Shown here: piece by piece, positions 13,342-22,259 of the stretch
Position numbering within the stretch: the first letter of the stretch is position 1
Layout of the letters: each line of letters opens with the position of its first letter
Assembly (NCBI GenBank): GCA_965277805.1
Contig: OZ255842.1
Location: 1,312,001-1,376,000 of the forward strand
Length of the DNA stretch: 64,000 nt
Source of the DNA: Candidatus Lustribacter sp.
GTDB taxonomy: Bacteria; Vulcanimicrobiota; Vulcanimicrobiia; Vulcanimicrobiales; Vulcanimicrobiaceae
Direction: 5' to 3'
Position numbers and translations under genes: made by a program
Notes under the pieces: generated by a model
The model's input: the letters and a program-made list of their open reading frames with translations, nothing else
Database searches by the model: none
What the model was told of the DNA's origin: nothing

Positions 13342-14565
13342 GTGGCACGCGGCGAGATTATCGCTGGGCTAGACATCGGCACGACGAAAACGTGTGCCGT
13401 CATCGCCGCCTCGGGTCCCGACGGTTTGGAGATCATCGGGATCGGCGAAGCCCCCTCAACGGGCATGCGGAAAGGCGTCGTGACGGACCTCGAAGAGACC
13501 GTCCGGGCGATCGAAGCGGCGACCGAAAAGGCCGAGCGGATGGCTGGTGTCCACGTGTCGCACGTGTACGTCGGCGTCACCGGCGAGCATATCCAATCGA
13601 CGAACAATCGCGGCGTGGTCGCGGTCTCCGGTGAGGATCGCGAGGTCATTGCCGCCGACGTCAAGCGCGTCGTCGATGCATCGAAAATCATCAACCTCGC
13701 GGCCGACCGTCAAATCATTCACGCCTTGCCGCGGCATTACACGATCGACGGACAAGACGGCGTTACCGATCCGCTCGGGATGTCCGGCAGCCGCCTCGAA
13801 GTCGACACGCACATCATTACCGGCGGCGCGACGTTCATCGCGAACGTGCTCAAGTGCGTGCACCGCGCGGGCCTCGAACCGGCCGGCATCGTGTTCGAGC
13901 CGTTGGCATCGTCGGCGGCGACCCTGCTCTCGGAAGAGAAACACGTCGGCTGCGTGCTGCTCGACATCGGCGGCGGCACCACGGACATCGCGGTGTTCGC
14001 CAACGGCGGCGTGATTCACAGCGCCACGATTCCGGTCGGCGGCAACATCCTCAGCAACGACATCGCGTTGGGGCTGAAAACGACGTCGGCCGAAGCCGAA
14101 AATGTCAAACGCACGTACGGTTCGGGACTGACGCGTCCGGACGAAGCGGAACAGACGTTTCACGTGAAGACGCTCGACGGCCGCAGCACGCGCGAGGTCA
14201 CGTCGGGGCAGCTGCGCGCGATCGTGCTGCCGCGCGTGCTCGAGATGTTCCGCCTTGCAAAATCGAACATCGTCGAACATCTGCCGCGCGATCAAGTGCT
14301 GAGCGAAGTCGTCATCACCGGTGGCGGCGCGCACCTGCGCGGCATCGAAACGACGGCTGCCGAGATCTTCGGCCTGCCGGTGCGTTTGGGGGTTCCGGCG
14401 ACGATCGCCGGCTTGACCGATTCCGTCAAACAGCCGGAATACGCGACCGCCGTCGGCCTCGTGCTGTTCGGCCCGCGCGGCGAAGCCGCCCCGCATCTCA
14501 ACGGCCGCACCGGCGGCACCGCATTCGCCAAGCTTTGGACGTGGTTCACGTCCATCTGGAACTGA
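13342..14565 (+). CDS. ftsA: Cell division protein FtsA
   Basis: [28 protein letters not shown]; amphipathic C-terminus [13 protein letters not shown]. Confidence 0.97.
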   Translation: MARGEIIAGLDIGTTKTCAVIAASGPDGLEIIGIGEAPSTGMRKGVVTDLEETVRAIEAATEKAERMAGVHVSHVYVGVTGEHIQSTNNRGVVAVSGEDREVIAADVKRVVDASKIINLAADRQIIHALPRHYTIDGQDGVTDPLGMSGSRLEVDTHIITGGATFIANVLKCVHRAGLEPAGIVFEPLASSAATLLSEEKHVGCVLLDIGGGTTDIAVFANGGVIHSATIPVGGNILSNDIALGLKTTSAEAENVKRTYGSGLTRPDEAEQTFHVKTLDGRSTREVTSGQLRAIVLPRVLEMFRLAKSNIVEHLPRDQVLSEVVITGGGAHLRGIETTAAEIFGLPVRLGVPATIAGLTDSVKQPEYATAVGLVLFGPRGEAAPHLNGRTGGTAFAKLWTWFTSIWN

Positions 14566-14699
14566 GCGCGATGACGAGCGGCGATCCACAGTATTCGCCG
14601 TTTACACATCGTCCACAGAAGTCTGGACCGGCTAGGCCCCACCCATCGTCCGAACCAACTCTACTGCAAACTCGTCTCTTCCCGGAGGACCCGCACATC

Positions 14700-15773
14700 A
14701 TGGCCGACGCGAAACGTTTCGTCCCCGAACACGCCGCGACAATCAAAGTTCTGGGGCTGGGCGGCGGTGGTTGCAACGCCGTCAACCGCATGATCGAAGC
14801 CGGGCTCTCCGGCGTTGAGTTCTATGCAATCAACACCGACGTTCAAGCGCTTCGTTCATCGAGGACGGACAACACGGTGCAGATCGGTGCGAACCTCACG
14901 CGCGGTCTCGGCGCGGGCGCGAATCCGAACATCGGGCGCGAAGCCGCGGAAGAATCGCGCGAAGATCTCGCGATGCTGCTCGACGGTGCCGATCTCGTGT
15001 TCATCACGAGCGGCATGGGCGGCGGCACCGGTACGGGCGCGGCGGCAGTCGTGGCCGAACTCGCGCGCGAATCGGGTGCGCTGACGATCGGCGTGATCAC
15101 GAAGCCGTTCGCCTTCGAAGGCCGCAAGCGCATGCAGGCGGCCGAGCGCGGCATCGCCGATCTCGAAGCCAAATGCGATACGCTGATCACGATTCCGAAC
15201 GAGCGCATCCTGCAGATCATCGAGAAGCGCACGCCGCTCAACGAAGCGTTCGCGTACGCCGACGACGTGCTGCGTCAAGGTATTCAGGGCATCTCCGATC
15301 TGATCACGCAACCCGGGCTGATCAACCTCGACTTCGCCGACGTGAAGACGATCATGACGGATGCCGGCTCCGCGATGATGGGCATCGGTGAAGGTTCGGG
15401 CGAGCATCGCGCCGCCGACGCCGCGCAGAAGGCGATCGCTTCGCCGTTGCTCGAGACCACGATCGAAGGCGCGCGCGGCGTGATCTTCAACATCACCGGC
15501 GGCCCCGATCTTTCGATGTACGAAGTGAACGAAGCGGCCGACATGATCAGCCGCGCGGTCGACTCCGAAGCGCAGATCATCTTCGGCGCATCGATCGATG
15601 CGGCAATGCAAGGCCGCGTTCGCGTTACGGTCCTGGCGGCCGGCTTCGGCACGCGTCCGCTGCGCACGAGTTCGGCGCTCGGCTCATCCGCGCACCCGCT
15701 CGACTTCGACAAGATCGCTCCGGTCAACATGGACGACATCGAAGTTCCGGCGTTCCTGCGCTATCGGGCGTAA
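14700..15773 (+). CDS. ftsZ: Cell division protein FtsZ
   Basis: [31 protein letters not shown]-terminal [12 protein letters not shown] at 14700 follows GGAGG. Confidence 0.98.
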   Translation: MADAKRFVPEHAATIKVLGLGGGGCNAVNRMIEAGLSGVEFYAINTDVQALRSSRTDNTVQIGANLTRGLGAGANPNIGREAAEESREDLAMLLDGADLVFITSGMGGGTGTGAAAVVAELARESGALTIGVITKPFAFEGRKRMQAAERGIADLEAKCDTLITIPNERILQIIEKRTPLNEAFAYADDVLRQGIQGISDLITQPGLINLDFADVKTIMTDAGSAMMGIGEGSGEHRAADAAQKAIASPLLETTIEGARGVIFNITGGPDLSMYEVNEAADMISRAVDSEAQIIFGASIDAAMQGRVRVTVLAAGFGTRPLRTSSALGSSAHPLDFDKIAPVNMDDIEVPAFLRYRA

Positions 15774-15779
15774 GGCGAA

Positions 15780-16949
15780 GTGGTCGCGGCAGCGACGAGC
15801 GATCGGGCCATCGCGATTCGCCGCGAGATCCATCGTTTTCCCGAATTAGGCTTCGAAGAACATCGGACGTCGGCGCTGGTCGAGCGCGAACTCGACGAGC
15901 TCGGTATCGAGCATCGGCGGGTTGCAGGAACCGGCGTCGTCGGGGTGATTCGCGGCGCGTTGCCGGGCAAGACGGCGGGGCTGCGCGCCGACATGGATGC
16001 GCTGCCGATCGATGAAGACTCGGGCGAGTCGTGTGCGAGCGAGGTGCCGGGAAAGATGCACGCGTGCGGTCACGACGCGCACACCGCCATGCTCTTGGGC
16101 GCGGCGCGCGAATTGAGCGGCCGGCGCGCGACGTTGCACGGTAACGTCGTGCTGCTCTTTCAACCGGCGGAAGAAGGACCGGGTGGCGCGGAACCGATGA
16201 TCGCCGCCGGCGCGCTCGACGATCCGCGCGTCGATGCGATCACGATGCTGCACGTCGATCCGCGCCTGCCGACCGGCAAGATCGGCATCACGCCGGGTCC
16301 GGTGAACGCGGCCGCCGACGAATTGCATCTTACGATTCGCGGATCCGGCGGACACGGCGGTTATCCGCATCTCGCCGTCGACGCGATTCCGGCGGCTGCG
16401 GCGACCGTGCTGGCACTGCAAAATATCGCGTCGCGCGAAACGGATCCGTTTGCGTCGCTGGTCATCACGATCGGCACGATCGCGGGCGGTTACCGTAACA
16501 ACGTGATCGCGGATCGCGTGCAGATGACGGGGACGATTCGCACCTACGATCCCACGATTCGAAAGGGCATCGAAGCGCGCATCCGGCGCATCGCCGACGG
16601 CGTTGCGGCCGCGTATGCGTGCACCGCCGAGATCAACGTGGCGTACGGGTATCCGCCGGTGGTGAACAACGTCGCGCTCGCGCGCGCGTTCACCGACTAC
16701 GTGCGCGAACGCAACGGCACGCCGGTCGAACAGTTGCCGCCGACGATGGGCGCGGAAGACTTCGCGTATTTTGCCGAACGCGTGCCGGGCGTCGTGGCGC
16801 GGCTGGGCATCTATAACGAAGCGCTCGGGTCGGTGCACTCCGGCCACAGCCCGCAATTCCGGCTCGATGAGGCGGCGATTCCGACCGGCATCGCGACCCT
16901 GGTCGCCTTCGCCGAGGGCGTGACCTCGGGAGCGATCCAGCCGCAATAG
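15780..16949 (+). CDS. M20 family amidohydrolase
   Basis: LRADMDALPI, MHACGHDAH, FQPAEEG, GAEDFAYF. Confidence 0.93.
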   Translation: MVAAATSDRAIAIRREIHRFPELGFEEHRTSALVERELDELGIEHRRVAGTGVVGVIRGALPGKTAGLRADMDALPIDEDSGESCASEVPGKMHACGHDAHTAMLLGAARELSGRRATLHGNVVLLFQPAEEGPGGAEPMIAAGALDDPRVDAITMLHVDPRLPTGKIGITPGPVNAAADELHLTIRGSGGHGGYPHLAVDAIPAAAATVLALQNIASRETDPFASLVITIGTIAGGYRNNVIADRVQMTGTIRTYDPTIRKGIEARIRRIADGVAAAYACTAEINVAYGYPPVVNNVALARAFTDYVRERNGTPVEQLPPTMGAEDFAYFAERVPGVVARLGIYNEALGSVHSGHSPQFRLDEAAIPTGIATLVAFAEGVTSGAIQPQ

Positions 16950-16987
16950 ATTGGGGATGCTTGGCCGCTTGCCCCAATATCTAGTGG
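16941..16987. promoter_or_regulatory. Tandem NrdR-box-like sites (31-bp period) upstream of the SRPBCC gene
   Basis: CCGCAATAGATTGGGG (16941-16956) and CCCCAATATCTAGTGG (16972-16987). Could also act as a hairpin after the amidohydrolase. Confidence 0.5.
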
Positions 16988-17030
16988 TTAAGGAAGGTTA
17001 AGCCTGCCGGCGGCGCCAAACATTTGCTGC

Positions 17031-17534
17031 ATGGCGGTCCCCGCGTATACGTTCGATCGCCCGTCGACTCGGGCGATCCACCGCGCTCAAGACGTCGCCT
17101 CGCCGGCGGCCACGGCGTTCGCAAGGATTTGCGAAGTGGAGAAGTGGCCGGTGTGGCTATCGTTTCTGCGCTCGGCGCGGCTCACCGAGCCGCACCTGCC
17201 GTTCGGCGAAGGCAGCGAGGTAGCGATCCGCTCGCGCTTGCCCGGCGAAGAGGAAGAGCTCTTCGAAGTCGACCGGTTCATCCCGGGTTTCCACATGTCG
17301 CTGGTCGGCGCGTTTTCGTGCCGGCGCCGGCTGGACTTCCGGGTCGAGCAGAAGTCCGAGCGCTCGAAGGTCGTGGTCAAGCTCGACTACCCGACCTACG
17401 GCGGAGTCGTCGCCGCCCTGGTCGACCGCCTCACGCTGCGGCGGAGACTCGAAACGGCGCTCGGCGACTCGCTGCTGCACTTCAAGGGCTTGGTTGAATT
17501 TGACCGCGAGGACGGCGTCCTGACCGATTTTTGA
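17031..17534 (+). CDS. SRPBCC/polyketide cyclase-like protein
   Basis: EKWPVW...GS beta-rich core with a long C-terminal helix, START/SRPBCC-like. Confidence 0.7.
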   Translation: MAVPAYTFDRPSTRAIHRAQDVASPAATAFARICEVEKWPVWLSFLRSARLTEPHLPFGEGSEVAIRSRLPGEEEELFEVDRFIPGFHMSLVGAFSCRRRLDFRVEQKSERSKVVVKLDYPTYGGVVAALVDRLTLRRRLETALGDSLLHFKGLVEFDREDGVLTDF

Positions 17535-17556
17535 CGGTGCACGCGGCTAGCAGTCG

Positions 17557-17585
17557 TTGCGCCATAGTGCTAGTTTTGATACACT
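17557..17585 (+). promoter_or_regulatory. Sigma70-type promoter for the FmdB-family gene
   Basis: TTGCGC-N17-TACACT with extended TG. Confidence 0.55.
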
Positions 17586-17621
17586 GTTCGACGATCCGAT
17601 CTTGCGTTCTGGGAGTTAACC

Positions 17622-17975
17622 TTGCCACTTTACGAATATCAATGTCGCGCGTGCCGGAAGACGGCGGAAGTGCGCCATGGCTTCAAGGAAACGTTCGAGG
17701 GCAAGTGCGAGGCCTGCGGCGGCGAGATGGCGCGCGTGTTCACCCCGGCCGGAATCGTCTTCAAAGGCTCGGGCTTCTACCTGACGGATTCGCGCTCGGC
17801 GGCCGAAGCGAAGTCAGCGGCCGCGAGCAAGAGCTCAACGTCGAGCGAGGGCTCCACGGCCACCCCCGCGGCGTCCTCGTCGGAAGGCTCGTCGTCCACC
17901 CCGGCCGCCGCGGCAACGCCGGCTCCGGCCGCTGCGGCGACCCCCGCGCCGTCTAAGTCCGAAAGCGCCGCTTAG
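17622..17975 (+). CDS. FmdB family zinc-ribbon protein
   Basis: PLYEYQCRAC...CEACGG...FKGSGFYLTD plus Ser/Ala/Pro tail; GGGAG ribosome-binding site before TTG. Confidence 0.92.
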   Translation: MPLYEYQCRACRKTAEVRHGFKETFEGKCEACGGEMARVFTPAGIVFKGSGFYLTDSRSAAEAKSAAASKSSTSSEGSTATPAASSSEGSSSTPAAAATPAPAAAATPAPSKSESAA

Positions 17976-17985
17976 GCCGTCGGCG

Positions 17986-18300
17986 ATGGATCCGTCCGCC
18001 CTGGTAAGGATCGGCTCCATCGTTGCCGTTCTGATCTTTCTCGATTTGCTGTTCGTCGAGCTGCGACGCATTTTCCGCGAAGGCAAACGCATCGTCGTGC
18101 GCCTCGCCGGATACGCCGACTTGCCGATCTTCGATCTCCTCGCCGCGAGCGAGCACGACATCAACCGCATCGTCACCGCGATCGACGCGCTCGCGTCGCT
18201 CGCTGACCGCACCCAAATCGCGCTCGAGTCGCTGCGCCGCGTTTATCGTCCGAAGGGTTCGTCGCCGGGCGGAGTGCCGAAGGGCGTGTCGCCGGGCTGA
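17986..18300 (+). CDS. Hypothetical single-TM protein
   Basis: N-terminal hydrophobic helix followed by a helical region; follows the FmdB gene; 3' end overlaps the convergent gene. Confidence 0.6.
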   Translation: MDPSALVRIGSIVAVLIFLDLLFVELRRIFREGKRIVVRLAGYADLPIFDLLAASEHDINRIVTAIDALASLADRTQIALESLRRVYRPKGSSPGGVPKGVSPG

Positions 18301-19595
18301 GCCTCGGGATGCCCCTCGGGCGGCTCCCAGTTCCATCCGAAGCCGGCCCGTTCTTCGGGATCGGGCGACAGGCCGAACGGATCCGGATCCTCCGGCAGCG
18401 CGAACGGTGTCCCGAGCGGTGACGGGCGTCCAGCCGGCGGCGGCACACCGAACGGCGCCGGGTCGGGCATGCCGAAGGCGGGCATTTGGCCCGGAGTGCT
18501 CGGCACCCCGAACGGTGCCGGTGTGGCCGGAGCCGGCGGCGGCGGTGCGAACGGCGCTGCCGGTTGCGGCGGCGCCGCCGGTTGGGCCGGTGCGGCCGGC
18601 GGCGGAGCGACCGCGGGCTGTGGCGGTGCCGCGGCCGGCGGTTGTGCGCCCGGCGGCGGCAGCACCGGCGGAAACTCGGCGCCGGGCATCGAGGCGGCGT
18701 AGGCCGGCGGCGGCGTGACCGGTGCCGGACCGGGGATCGGAGCCCCAGGCGGCGCGCCGGGTGCAGCCGGCGCTTTTGGTGCGACGGCTGCGGCTGCGGC
18801 GGCTGCTACCGCGGCGCGGCGCTGCTCGAGTTCCGCCATCTCGGCAGCCGTTTCTTCCCGGAAGAGCGTGCCGGCCGAGGCGCGCACCGGTTCGCCCGCG
18901 CCGAGCGCGACGAGCACGAAACGTGAGAGCGGCGAGAGCTGGGCCTCGGGGCTTTGCGCGAGCTCGCGCAGTTCGTCGAGATAGGCCTGCGGCATCTGTT
19001 CGACTTCCATCGCGTCGAGGATCAATCCGACCGTCTCTTCGACCGCGAAGCGCGGCGCCAAACGCGTGAACGTGAATTGCTGCATCAGCACGTCGGCTTT
19101 GACCATTGCGAGCAGCTTGCGCCAGTAGTCGATGGGCTTGTACTCTTCGAATGCGCCGGCTTCATATTTCGCGCGCGAATACAGCTCGGAGATGCGTTTA
19201 CCTAACGGATCGGAGGGCGGCGCGGGCTCGACGATGATGATGCGCTTGCCGACGCGCGCAAGTTCCCACACGATCTGCGTGTGGAACGTCGGATCGATTT
19301 CGTGCAAGTAATGGAACGCAACGATCGCATCGAAGCTGCTATCGCGCGCCGGAATCAGCGTGGTGCTGCCGCGCAAGGTGGGAATGCCGAGCGTTTCCAG
19401 TTCCGCGAGCTTCGCTGCATCCGATTCAATGACGCTGACGTCGACGCCGATCTCGATCGCGCGCTTCACCCACAGCCCGTCGTTCGCAAAGCCGCAGAAA
19501 AGAACGCGGTCGCCGCGTACGAGCGACATCGCGTCCCAGATGAGTTGGTCGATCCGGCGCGATTCGCGCAGAAACTCGGCAGCGTAATCCAGCAT
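18243..19595 (-). CDS. Class I SAM-methyltransferase-like domain with Pro-rich, PFG-repeat C-terminal tail
   Basis: SFDAIVAFHYLHEI...ELARVGKRIIIVE methyltransferase core; degenerate motif I (VLFCGFANDG). Start ATG 19595 chosen. Confidence 0.72.
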   Translation of the reverse strand: MLDYAAEFLRESRRIDQLIWDAMSLVRGDRVLFCGFANDGLWVKRAIEIGVDVSVIESDAAKLAELETLGIPTLRGSTTLIPARDSSFDAIVAFHYLHEIDPTFHTQIVWELARVGKRIIIVEPAPPSDPLGKRISELYSRAKYEAGAFEEYKPIDYWRKLLAMVKADVLMQQFTFTRLAPRFAVEETVGLILDAMEVEQMPQAYLDELRELAQSPEAQLSPLSRFVLVALGAGEPVRASAGTLFREETAAEMAELEQRRAAVAAAAAAAVAPKAPAAPGAPPGAPIPGPAPVTPPPAYAASMPGAEFPPVLPPPGAQPPAAAPPQPAVAPPPAAPAQPAAPPQPAAPFAPPPPAPATPAPFGVPSTPGQMPAFGMPDPAPFGVPPPAGRPSPLGTPFALPEDPDPFGLSPDPEERAGFGWNWEPPEGHPEAQPGDTPFGTPPGDEPFGR

Positions 19596-19666
19596 AGCAG
19601 CGCCAAACGGTTCGGCGGCCAAGAGAGCCCGCCCTCGGGTCGCGTGTAGGGTTAAGGTAAAAGCAG

Positions 19667-20053
19667 CTAGACGCCCGTCAGCCGGCGGCACCCCGGATCG
19701 GCACCAAATCTGTTCGGCCCGCGGGTCCCATCACTGCAATACCAAACGAGCAAAACGATTGCGCCCAGCACCGGTACGAGCCCCAACAGATACCACCAGC
19801 CCGTCCGGTTCACGTCGTGAAGTCTGCGTACGCTGACCGCCAGATGCGGCACTAACGTGCCGAAAACGACGATCGAATATAAGACGATCGCCAACGCGGG
19901 AAGCACGAGCATCGCAAAGTAGCTTACGACGCCTGCAAGCAAGATCGTAAGCGAGTGGAAGAGCGTAAAGTACCAATACTCTAAGCGTCGTGCGCGGCCG
20001 TCAAACGACGCGTATCGAGCCAATGACAGTCTGACCGCTTCGAAGAGGCTCAT
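19667..20053 (-). CDS. DUF805 (YhaH-like) membrane protein
   Basis: FDGRARRLEYWYF, VSVRRLHDVNRTGWW, GTRGPNRFGADP. Confidence 0.92.
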   Translation of the reverse strand: MSLFEAVRLSLARYASFDGRARRLEYWYFTLFHSLTILLAGVVSYFAMLVLPALAIVLYSIVVFGTLVPHLAVSVRRLHDVNRTGWWYLLGLVPVLGAIVLLVWYCSDGTRGPNRFGADPGCRRLTGV

Positions 20054-20143
20054 AGATCGCCACCACATTAGGCACCAAAGGCAGTCGGTTGCTTCGCCTA
20101 GATGGTACTCCGCCGGCAAGCCCCTTGTTTCAGGGATGGACGT

Positions 20144-20344
20144 TTAGCGGCGGCCCTGGCCCTCTTGCGGTGCAGATGACGCGGTAGCCCCGCGATCCGC
20201 TTCCGAGCGGCGTCGTCTTCGGAGAATCGCGCGCTGCGCGCGGCGCGTAGCCCACGACGTGAGGCGGTTCGGACAGTCGTCGCGATGATCGTGGTACGTG
20301 ATGCCGTCGCGCAAGGTAACAGTCGGGCAGTCGCAGGCGAACAT
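20144..20344 (-). CDS. Small Cys/His-containing protein (CxC...HxH...C)
   Basis: MFACDCP...YHDHRDDCP; GGGTAC element about 9 nt upstream of the ATG. Confidence 0.4.
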   Translation of the reverse strand: MFACDCPTVTLRDGITYHDHRDDCPNRLTSWATRRAQRAILRRRRRSEADRGATASSAPQEGQGRR

Positions 20345-20706
20345 ACGCGAAACGTACCCGCCGGTCGACGGGCCGGATCATGCGCATGTTCGGTGTGACA
20401 TCGCGCACCGTCGCGTGAGGCTTACCGCCCTGAATCGGGAACGTGCTGGACCACGAGCACGCCGTGGCTGCCAGCCGTAACGAGGTGTACGTCTTGTCGG
20501 AGGGTGCCAACGACCACTGCCGGCCCGTTGAAATCGTCAATATCTTCGATCTGCACGGGATCGCCTAGGCCGTCGTAGCCGTTCTCGTTGTCGGCGTATT
20601 TCTCCGAGCCGATATTGCCGAGGTCCATGTCCTGCTCGCAATTCGATAGCGGATTCATCCGGCGGCCGGTTGCACACTGTTTTCCCGGCGCAAGCTCTTT
20701 CGACAC

Positions 20707-20940
20707 TCAAAAGGGGCGAAGTGCGCTTGCGCGCACTCGCACGAAGCGCTGGCAGTTCGAACACTTGGGTACGTAGGTGTCGGCAACGACTTCGGCCGTG
20801 GCTTCAGCGAGATGGGCGCGGCAAGCGGTGACGATGACGCGGCCAGCCTGCACGCGGAGCGATTCTGACTATCGCTCACCGAGGTCGAGATGCGCGCGGC
20901 TGGAAGCCGCCCGGACCCAACGCGCGGGCGCCTTGGTCAT
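20707..20940 (-). pseudogene. Small Zn-finger-like gene with in-frame TAG; paralog of 21148..21444
   Basis: Manual translation MTKAPARWVRAASSRAHLDLGER*SESLRVQAGRVIVTACRAHLAEATAEVVADTYVPKCSNCQRFVRVRASALRPF*; TAG at 20871-20869; TTGTCC-N16-TAGACT promoter 5 nt before the ATG. Confidence 0.8.
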
Positions 20941-21147
20941 GGGCTAGTCTAGCTCGCCGGCCCGCGCGGACAAGTGTGACGGAGTGCCGTTTGTAACGTG
21001 ATCTTAGCGGCTACCAATCGGCGAGTGCGCGCATGCCACAGCCGAGGGCCCTTTCTGTCTTTTGGCTGTGAGCCGAACTAATGTGATCACACGCTAAGTT
21101 CCCGGTACAAATCAGCGAAGTGCGTCCGATCGGGGAAGACGTGGACA

Positions 21148-21444
21148 ATGACCACTTCGCTCCCACGCTGGGTCCGTGCCGCTACGGGCCGTGCTCACCT
21201 CGATCTCGGCGAACGGGCCGCTAAAAGTCTTCGCGTCCTATCCGAACACGTCATCGTGACGGCCTGCCGCGCACACGTCGACGCAAGAGCCGAGCCCGTG
21301 GCCGACAATCATCAGCCACTGTGCTCAAACTGCCAGCGCATCGCCCGCGTCCACGTAACACGACAGACTTCTGATATTTTTGGTGATCATCGGAGGCCGG
21401 CATCGCCGCCGGTGCGTGATCCTCTCGCGGAGAAAGGCCGGTAG
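21148..21444 (+). CDS. Small Zn-finger-like protein (H...C...CxxC)
   Basis: RWVRAATGRAHLDLGER...VIVTACRAH...LCSNCQR; conservation with the inverted paralog supports coding. Confidence 0.75.
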   Translation: MTTSLPRWVRAATGRAHLDLGERAAKSLRVLSEHVIVTACRAHVDARAEPVADNHQPLCSNCQRIARVHVTRQTSDIFGDHRRPASPPVRDPLAEKGR

Positions 21445-21508
21445 CGCGCGCGGCCTTGCGAGGATGCCTGGCGTCACCAACTGCGCTTATCGCCGTGCGC
21501 CGAGAACG

Positions 21509-21529
21509 TGGGGAAGGTGGGACTCGAAC
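21509..21529 (-). repeat. Direct repeat of the tRNA-Leu 3' end (distal att site)
   Basis: TGGGGAAGGTGGGACTCGAAC, identical to 24209-24229. Confidence 0.92.
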
Positions 21530-21666
21530 GCGCCCCTATAGGCGATAGTACAGCATGCTGGGGCCCTTCGCCGTACGCAACATGATAAGTTTTGACGAGC
21601 CAGGACGGCCGGCGGGTAGCAAACAGGTAGCCGGGATGACCCAATTCGACGTTCTTGCCCTGCCGC

Positions 21667-21912
21667 CTAAAAGAGCGGCCGATCGTTCATACCTGCTATG
21701 ACCTCACTCTTCAAGCCGAAGCGCTCACATGCCCGGCAACAGCCTCGCTAAAGTAGCTCTCAGCGTTGGGAGCGGATACTGCGCCAATTAGGTTTTCGGG
21801 CTCGATAGGAACCACGATTCCAGCAGCCTTTTTGTCTGAACGGCTCTATGTAGCGCCATATGTACGAGTCGTCGGATAGTTCTAGTGCCGCGCTCGGATG
21901 AGTCTTGTACCG
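21667..21912 (-). pseudogene. Internally deleted, frameshifted DUF2971-like remnant
   Basis: N-terminal YKTHP...DDSYIWRYI directly joined in other frames to C-terminal GIVVPIEPENLI...APNAESYFSEAV...ERFGLKSEVI...RPLF*. Family assigned from recalled motifs. Confidence 0.5.
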
Positions 21913-22039
21913 TCCGACTAAGCGTATTTTGTCAGGCAGGTAGGTTGCGAAAGGCATCGCTGGTCCGGCGTCAGGTCCAGAGCGATTGGACGAGTGTGCA
22001 TACCGCGACCGTCGACATTGTTCCGCGGACCCCATTGTT

Positions 22040-22230
22040 GGATTTCCCGAGAACTCGCGACACCTGAGCGGGGTTCCAGGGGCCCGGTTCTGGTGGTTTG
22101 CGCGTCTCTGTTAAGCTGTTTAGCGATAGCGGCTAGCGACACGGAATCTATGAGCTCGGCGATCGTCTGCGCTATGTGGCTGTATGCAGATACGGCGCCG
22201 GCACTTATGACGGCAGACGCGATGGCGCGC
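22040..22230 (-). pseudogene. Serine recombinase/resolvase C-terminal remnant, frameshifted
   Basis: SLAAIAKQLNRDAQTTRTG followed after a frameshift by PWNPAQVSRVL, the recombinase DNA-binding motif. Confidence 0.62.
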
Positions 22231-22259
22231 CCTCGCGCGGGCGACATTAAAGCCACCGG

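Noticed and set aside
13854-14699. Apparent long N-terminal extension on FtsZ
   Set aside because: Off-frame overlap with ftsA with Arg-rich nonsense composition; GGAGG-ATG at 14700 is the plausible start.
18400-18830. GC-rich quasi-repeats here, at 41730-41930 and at 61080-61380 as a possible CRISPR or tandem array
   Set aside because: They encode Pro/Ala/Gly-rich protein segments; no constant repeat-spacer period. No CRISPR array was seen in the window.
20869-20871. Pyrrolysine recoding of the in-frame TAG
   Set aside because: No pyl genes in the window and the paralog has Ala at this position; a nonsense mutation is more parsimonious.
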